Assembly (NCBI GenBank): GCA_035650735.1
Contig: DASRGZ010000215.1
Location: forward strand, 1-64,000
Reading direction: 5' to 3'
DNA: 64,000 nt
Source of the DNA: Chthonomonadaceae bacterium
GTDB lineage: Bacteria > Armatimonadota > Chthonomonadetes > Chthonomonadales > Chthonomonadaceae
In this document: in pieces, positions 58,102 through 64,000 of the stretch
Numbering within the stretch: position 1 is the stretch's first letter
Layout of the letters: the number at the start of each line of letters is the position of its first letter
The notes under the pieces: generated by a model
Told to the model about the DNA's origin: nothing
Seen by the model: the letters and a program-made list of their open reading frames with translations, nothing else
Database searches by the model: none
Program-made: the position numbers and the translations under genes

Positions 58102-60321
58102 ATGTGCCGATGGATCGGCCTCGTCCTCATGGCTTTTGCGCTCGCTATCACGGCGACTGCGGCACGCGCGCAACGGCCCAACGATAAACAGCCCGACACC
58201 TTCACCTTCCTGCATATTACCGATACGCACCAGACCGCCGACGGCAGCACGGAACCCCTAAGAAAGCTCGTCGAGGACGCGGCCCGGATGCCGACCCCGC
58301 CCGCCTTCATCATTGATACCGGCGACATCACCGAGGCAGGACGGCCGGAGGAGTACGCCCGGTTCAAGGAGGCGATTTCGGGCCTGGAGCCGGCCAAGAT
58401 CGGCTTCTACGCCGTGCCGGGCAACCATGATGTGCGCTGGAGTCCCGATGGCAAGGAAGGCTTTCAGAAAGCCTTCGGCAAGCTCTATCAATCCTTCGAC
58501 TACGGCGGCGTCCACTTTGTCCTGCTCGACACCACCGTGCCGCTGGAGCATTGGGGCCACTTTGATAAGCCGGAACTCGACTGGCTGACAAAAGACATCA
58601 AGCGCGTGCGCGCAGAGACGCCCGTGATGCTCTTCATGCACCACTGGATCGGGCGGGACACGCCCAGCACGCGCATGGTGGATAACGAGTACGATATCTG
58701 GCCGATCCTGCGCGGCCACAACGTCGTCGCCATCTTTACCGGGCACGGGCATCAAGACCTGGTCTGGAAGACCAACGGCGTCACGACCGTCATGGCGCGG
58801 GGGCTCTACCAGGGCTCCTACGACCGCGTTACCGTCGAGCCCAGCACCATCACCATTGATCGGATCGTCCGTGAAACGCCCGACCAGCCCGTCCACGTCG
58901 CCACTATCCCCATCTCGCGCGGAGCCCATCCCTCCGTGCTGCGCGTTGGCTGGGACGACCCGGACGTGCCCTTCCTGGAGCGCCGCCGCCCCTCGGCCCT
59001 GCTTGAGCCGCGCGCCGTCACCGACAATCCGGATAAGGAGCGGGCCGAGTACCGCATTGACGATGGCCCCTGGAAGCCGATGACCAAAACCCCGAGGGAC
59101 ATCTGGCACGATGAGTTCCCGACAAAGGGCATTCCCGTCGGCGTTCACAGCGTGGATATTCGCCTGACCACCAGCAACAACGTTACCTATGAGGGGGAGC
59201 TTATTTTTGAGGTTGAATCCCCGGATAAGGACACGCGCAAGTGGGCGATCAACCTCGACGGGGCGATCCAGTCGAGTCCGCTGCTGGCCTCCGATCAGCT
59301 CTATGTCTCCTCGGAGGATAGCCGCGTCTACAGCCTGGAGCTAGAGCGGGGCAAGAAGCGGTGGACGTTCGGAACGAAGGGGCCGGTGATCGCCTCGCCC
59401 GTTCTCGCCAACGGCACGATCTATATCGGTTCCACCGATCACACCTTCTATGCTCTGGACGCCCAGACCGGCAAGCAGCGCTGGAAGTACGATACGGATA
59501 GCCCCATTTTCGCGACGGCAGCGGTGGCGCAGGGAATCGTGTGCGTAGGCGGCAACGGCAAGATCTTCGGCCTGGACGCGGCTACCGGGCAACTCAAGTG
59601 GCAACAGCCTGCCGGAAGCTTCTTCCAGTCGCAGGCCGCCACCGACGGCAGCACCTTCTATCTCGGTGGCTGGGATAACACCCTCTACGCCCTGGACGCG
59701 CAGACTGGCGCCCCGAAGTGGAAGGCGCCGATGGGCCGCACGGAGGGCGGGAACGGCACGCTCTCCTTCTACTTCTCGCCCGCCATCGCCTCTCCCTCTA
59801 TAGCGCACAACCGCGTCTATATCTGCTCCAACGACGGCGTGCTGCACGCGGTCAACGCGGCCACCGGCAAGGACGACTGGGCGGCCCGCGCTCCCGAAGG
59901 CGGAGACACCTTCGGCTACTCGTCCCCAGTTGTCTCGGGCCTGGATATCTATGTGGGCGGGCTGGGCCAGAACGGCGACGTCTACTGCCTGGATGCGACG
60001 AACGGCAACCTCCGCTGGCGTGCCTCCATCGGCCAGACCATCTACGACTCCTCGCCCAAAGTCGCCCCGGACGGCAAATCGCTGGCGATCATGGGCGTGC
60101 GCGGCAAGGTTGCGGTGCTGGATACGGCTACGGGCAAGCGTCTGTGGGGCTATGAGCTTGGCCCTGGCAACATCTTCTCCACGCCGGAGTACGACGGCCA
60201 TATCGTCTACACGACCACTATGGCCCATGACGTGCAGGCGCTCATCGTCGAGGGCGCACCGGCCCCGGCCCGCGCGCAAGCGCAGGAGTCCCATGCGACA
60301 CGGCAGCCTGCCAGGCGATGA
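58102..60321 (+). CDS. Exported metallophosphoesterase with PQQ-like beta-propeller repeats
   Basis: DTH, TGDITE, GNHD, GHGH; repeated YALDAxTG..W blades. Confidence 0.9.
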   Translation: MCRWIGLVLMAFALAITATAARAQRPNDKQPDTFTFLHITDTHQTADGSTEPLRKLVEDAARMPTPPAFIIDTGDITEAGRPEEYARFKEAISGLEPAKIGFYAVPGNHDVRWSPDGKEGFQKAFGKLYQSFDYGGVHFVLLDTTVPLEHWGHFDKPELDWLTKDIKRVRAETPVMLFMHHWIGRDTPSTRMVDNEYDIWPILRGHNVVAIFTGHGHQDLVWKTNGVTTVMARGLYQGSYDRVTVEPSTITIDRIVRETPDQPVHVATIPISRGAHPSVLRVGWDDPDVPFLERRRPSALLEPRAVTDNPDKERAEYRIDDGPWKPMTKTPRDIWHDEFPTKGIPVGVHSVDIRLTTSNNVTYEGELIFEVESPDKDTRKWAINLDGAIQSSPLLASDQLYVSSEDSRVYSLELERGKKRWTFGTKGPVIASPVLANGTIYIGSTDHTFYALDAQTGKQRWKYDTDSPIFATAAVAQGIVCVGGNGKIFGLDAATGQLKWQQPAGSFFQSQAATDGSTFYLGGWDNTLYALDAQTGAPKWKAPMGRTEGGNGTLSFYFSPAIASPSIAHNRVYICSNDGVLHAVNAATGKDDWAARAPEGGDTFGYSSPVVSGLDIYVGGLGQNGDVYCLDATNGNLRWRASIGQTIYDSSPKVAPDGKSLAIMGVRGKVAVLDTATGKRLWGYELGPGNIFSTPEYDGHIVYTTTMAHDVQALIVEGAPAPARAQAQESHATRQPARR

Positions 60322-60330
60322 TACCTGCGC

Positions 60331-60864
60331 ATGAGGAGGGCCGCAGCCTTGAAACGCGCTTTGGTCTCTCTGCTGGCGCTAGCGGCGCTGGCTTGCACGG
60401 CGTGGGGGCTTTCCAGAGGCGCCTCGCCTCCCGGCGAGCGCTCTGCCAGAAAATCCCCGCGCTCGCCTGTAGCCGCTTTGGTCGTGCCGCCGAAGCATCC
60501 GGTCAGCCCGGACGAACCGGCGGCCTATACCTTCTACGAGCGCTTCTCCCCGTAGAGCGCGCTGGAGAGCTTTCGCCAGCTAACCGAGAAAAGCAAGGGA
60601 CACATTCCGGCCAAAACGTGGCCCAAGATCGACTCTACCGGCTGGGACGAGCAGTATCTTGCCTTCCCAAACTGGACGGGCGCTATCGAGGGCACGCTGC
60701 GCAAGCAGGAGTACCAGATACGCGCCCTGGAATACGCGCTGGCACAAAAGCAGTTTGCGGAGGGAGAGATCGGCAGGGCGGCGCTCAAACAGAAAGCGGC
60801 GCGCTATCGCAAGGCAAAGCGCGCCTTCGAGCGGTTCTGGAACTCCTTCAGCGTTGCCGATTGA
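60331..60864 (+). pseudogene. Exported hypothetical protein with an in-frame TAG at 60553-60555
   Basis: Frame stays open for 102 codons after the TAG (SALESF...SVAD) with host-like codons and no ATG restart. Confidence 0.7.
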
Positions 60865-60954
60865 GAGGACAGACAGAAGCCCCTGGCAGCCCGGCTGCCA
60901 GATGCCGACGGAGAAAGAGTATAACGGGGCTGCGCAGGGCTGGTTGGTTCTGGA

Positions 60955-61116
60955 TTAGTGCTGCGCGGTATGCGGGCCAACAAAGAGTTGTGGGTTCTGG
61001 TCGAAGCGCTCCTTGCAGGCCGGACAGCAGAAGTAGTAAGTTTCTCCCTGATAGGCGCTCTGCCCTGCCGCCTGATCGGGGGAGATCATCTTTCCGCACA
61101 CGGGATCTTTGACCAT
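60955..61116 (-). CDS. YHS domain protein (53 aa)
   Basis: MVKDPVCGKMI...YQGETYYFCCPACKERFDQNP; GGAGG SD; below the ORF-track cutoff. Confidence 0.88.
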   Translation of the reverse strand: MVKDPVCGKMISPDQAAGQSAYQGETYYFCCPACKERFDQNPQLFVGPHTAQH

Positions 61117-61196
61117 CGTAATGCCTCCATCCCTACATATTGCTTCCTAACGGCCCAGGAACGGCAGAGCATACCCTTTCTCGCCATCCCCAGCAG

Positions 61197-61273
61197 CCCT
61201 CACCCCCTATCCCCCTCTCCCAGCGCTGGGAGAGGGGGATAGGGGGTGAGGGCTGCTGGGGACGGGGGGTTAG
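61197..61273. repeat. REP hairpin
   Basis: CCCTCACCCCCTATCCCCCTCTCCCAG/CTGGGAGAGGGGGATAGGGGGTGAGGG. Confidence 0.8.
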
Positions 61274-61310
61274 GTGAACCGAGAAGGGGAAAGAGGAAGC
61301 CCGTAACGCT

Positions 61311-62135
61311 CTACTCGGTTGCCTGAACGGGCACGTTTTGCGCCTGTGTTGTGCCGGCCTGCTCTGCCGGGCGCTGCTCGGCGCGGCCTGCATGCTCGGT
61401 TGACTGGGCACCCGCCTGTGACTGCCCCGCGCTGGAAGCGCCGGCCTGCTGTACCCCCTCGGCCTGCACGCTAATGGGAATGCGCTTGCTCGTGGGCGCC
61501 TGGCGCTTGGGCAAGCGAAGCTCCAACATGCCGTTGCGGAAGTTGGCCTTCACAGCGTTGGGATCGATCTCGGCAGGCAGCGTGGTGGAGAATTGGAAGC
61601 ATTCGATGCCGGAAAAGCGGCTCTGGCGGTGCTGGACATAGGGCTGCTGCTGTGCTGGCAGGTTGGCCTGCCCCGCTGCCGACGGCGTGCCTGTCTGCGT
61701 TGTGGTCTGCGTCGTGCCCTGGGACTGTGTGCCCTGCGGCGTCTGGCCCTGAGGCTGCACGTTTACCGGCTGCCCCTGCCCCTCGAACTGGGAGCGGCAT
61801 TGAGCCGACAGAGCGATGCTGTCTTCCGTCGCCTCGATATGAATGTCCTTGGGATCGACTCCGGGCAGCGCCGCCTGAATGATATACTCGTTATCGGTCT
61901 CATAGATGTCCACATCCGGCTCTGCGCCGATAGCCTGCCCGCCCCAATTGGCGCTCCAGTCCCAGGTAGGAGCGCCGAAGAAGCGGCTGAACAGCATATC
62001 CATGCGGCGCTGCATGTCCTCAAATTCACCCCAGGGATCGAAGCGAGACAACAGCGTGGCGCCGGATGGACGCGCCGGCATCCCTTGTGGACGGCGCGCA
62101 ATCGCGCCGGGCCAATTTTGACGGTTGTACCACAT
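61311..62135 (-). CDS. Hsp20/alpha-crystallin small heat shock protein with Gln-rich insert and tail
   Basis: PDVDIYET, ALPGVDPKDI, ANFRNGMLELRLPK, IPI motif. Confidence 0.9.
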   Translation of the reverse strand: MWYNRQNWPGAIARRPQGMPARPSGATLLSRFDPWGEFEDMQRRMDMLFSRFFGAPTWDWSANWGGQAIGAEPDVDIYETDNEYIIQAALPGVDPKDIHIEATEDSIALSAQCRSQFEGQGQPVNVQPQGQTPQGTQSQGTTQTTTQTGTPSAAGQANLPAQQQPYVQHRQSRFSGIECFQFSTTLPAEIDPNAVKANFRNGMLELRLPKRQAPTSKRIPISVQAEGVQQAGASSAGQSQAGAQSTEHAGRAEQRPAEQAGTTQAQNVPVQATE

Positions 62136-62459
62136 GGTATCTAACCTCCTTTGACATGCGGCTTCCAGGCCGCACAGATTGGATTAGGGCCGATTTTGCT
62201 CCCTGCCGTTCCGGGTACGGCGGCGTCAGGATCGCGCCTATAAGATACGCAGCAGTCACCGAGAAGTTTTCAGGCGGGCAGCAAAAGTTGGCGCTCTCAA
62301 GGCAGGGGCGAGAGGGCTTCCTCTCCAGGCGGCAAGCAAGCCTGATGCGTAGGCTACTCCCTGCGGAACCTTCTCTGGCCTCCTCCGTCTTACTACCGGG
62401 CGCGGAAAATAGATTAAGCGCCGGCCTGCGGCATAGGTCAGCGCAGGGAGGGATTCCAG

Positions 62460-63152
62460 ATGCAAGTCGAATTAGGAGCGCGCGTGCGCTCCAGCGATAA
62501 TCAGGACATCGGAACGATCAAGCACCTGATCCTGGATCCGAACAACGGGCGGGTGAAGGCAATCGTGGTGGAAAGAGGAGTTTTACTGCCAGAGGATACC
62601 GAGATCCCGGTGGAGGACATACAGTCCGCCGATAGCAGCGGCGTCCATGTGAGCTACACCGCCGCACAGACCAGGGATCTGCCGCGCTTCGACAGGAGTC
62701 TCTACACGGAAGCGCCCGGAGAGCAGACGCATCTCTATCCCGGTTGGCCGGCGGGAGGTATTCTCTGGCCCTCCTACTATCCGGCCATGACCTATGGGCC
62801 GGGCCTATATCCTTCAGCGATCCCGGTGGAGGTCAAGGATGCCGACGCTCCGCAATCGCGGGAAGAGGCGCAGATATTAGAGCAGGTGGAGAGGAGCAAC
62901 GCCGTCATTGAGGCCGGAGACGACGTGATCAGCCTGGATGGGCAGAAGCTCGGTCAGGTGCATAACGTGATCTTCGATCCGCAGACCGGCCAGCCGATCA
63001 CGCTGGTGATCCGCAAGGGATTGGTGTTCACGGATCACGTAGAGCTTCCGGCCCAGGCCATCGCCTCGGTAGAAGACGGCGTGGTACGCCTTAACCTCAC
63101 GAAGGTGCAGGTCGAGGCGGCTAAGCGCGAGCCCGGCGTTCCGGTCTTCTAG
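62460..63152 (+). CDS. Tandem PRC-barrel protein
   Basis: GARVRSSDNQDIGTIKHLILDP and GDDVISLDGQKLGQVHNVIFDP. Confidence 0.85.
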   Translation: MQVELGARVRSSDNQDIGTIKHLILDPNNGRVKAIVVERGVLLPEDTEIPVEDIQSADSSGVHVSYTAAQTRDLPRFDRSLYTEAPGEQTHLYPGWPAGGILWPSYYPAMTYGPGLYPSAIPVEVKDADAPQSREEAQILEQVERSNAVIEAGDDVISLDGQKLGQVHNVIFDPQTGQPITLVIRKGLVFTDHVELPAQAIASVEDGVVRLNLTKVQVEAAKREPGVPVF

Positions 63153-63177
63153 CGCCGCTTCTATCCCTTCCGACAGG

Positions 63178-63969
63178 TCACGGGCGGGTGATCTTCTTGA
63201 GGGCGCGCAGCCAGGCGTCCTTTTCCGGCCCCCAGGGCTCGCCCCGGAAGCGATAGTCGTTTTTGCGGATAATCTCGTCTAACTCGGCTTGCAGCGCGGC
63301 CAGGCGGGCGGCCTCTAGCTGCCGGAGGCGGGCGGCGTGCGCAGGCGCGGCCTGCCGCATCACCTGCTCGGCGTGCGCCACGCACAGTCCGCTGCCCGCC
63401 TCCAGCGCCTCCCAGACGCGCGCCTCGCCCAGCCCGGCTGCCAGCGCGCCCGTATAGCGCCTCTCCGCCTCCTGCGCGTCCGCACAGGCCGGGCACGGGG
63501 CAGAGGGCACGGGAGCGTGGCGCGGCCATCCCCACCGCAGCCCCTTCCTGCCGCCGGTTTCGCCCGCCGTCCCGCTCTCCCACCGTTCCTGCGTCAGCCG
63601 GGCCAGGTCGCTATAGAGAATGGCGACGCCCAGCGCATCGCCCAGCGTTGCCAGCAGCGCCGCATGTTCTCCGCAGAAGCCGCGTGCCCGCCGCAGCTCC
63701 TCGCGCGCCCGGGGATCGTTGACAAACTCGGCGAAGAAGGCGCGCACCGACTGCGCGATGCTGCGCGCGACCAGCCGGCACACCGCGCACGTACTCTCTG
63801 TTCTGGAAGAGGCCGAGAGGGAATCGGGGGAGGGAGCGCTAACACGCGGCCCGATATCGGCAGGTCCAAGCGGCAGCAATGCGGTCAAAATTTCGTGGAG
63901 GGTCGCTTCGGAGGAACGTTCCTGCTCGGACGACTTCGCGCTCACAAACCACCTCCTGCCCCTTCTCAC
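63178..63969 (-). CDS. DUF6062-like Cys/His protein
   Basis: CAVC..GFCGEH..CPAC..LCVAH, KNDYRF..W; start uncertain. Confidence 0.75.
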   Translation of the reverse strand: MRRGRRWFVSAKSSEQERSSEATLHEILTALLPLGPADIGPRVSAPSPDSLSASSRTESTCAVCRLVARSIAQSVRAFFAEFVNDPRAREELRRARGFCGEHAALLATLGDALGVAILYSDLARLTQERWESGTAGETGGRKGLRWGWPRHAPVPSAPCPACADAQEAERRYTGALAAGLGEARVWEALEAGSGLCVAHAEQVMRQAAPAHAARLRQLEAARLAALQAELDEIIRKNDYRFRGEPWGPEKDAWLRALKKITRP

Positions 63970-64000
63970 GAAGGCGGGAAACCGTTCCCTGCGCTTAGAT

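Noticed and set aside
62136..62459. CIRCE heat-shock operator upstream of hsp20
   Set aside because: No TTAGCACTC-N9-GAGTGCTAA match found

Overview
High-GC bacterial chromosomal window. Gene content (DUF1501, DUF1385 next to rpmE, several PhyH dioxygenases, cyclase-ATPase-TPR proteins, an outer-membrane barrel) suggests a diderm such as Armatimonadota; that placement is inference only. It holds about 50 CDS, mostly metabolic and envelope genes, with no rRNA, tRNA or CRISPR array seen. Main observations: (1) a five-gene + strand cluster (11655-16398) with two exported FG-repeat (SFGG)n proteins, two distant paralogues of an unrecognised beta-rich family, and a membrane-anchored gene interrupted by a foreign ~260 bp segment; (2) a Cys-rich RAPP leader peptide whose arrest site pairs perfectly (11 bp) with the SD of a downstream metal-handling operon; (3) a UGA-recoded selenocysteine peroxiredoxin fused to a second redoxin domain, with a SECIS-like hairpin; (4) two identical 103 bp MITEs bounded by TAGATA that bracket three genes; (5) several nested REP/MITE families; (6) a divergent RpoD paralogue behind a consensus promoter and a ~400 nt structured leader; (7) an in-frame amber-interrupted gene, and a small YHS gene and transposase start missed by the ORF track. 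All family calls come from motif recognition by eye; no database searches were run.
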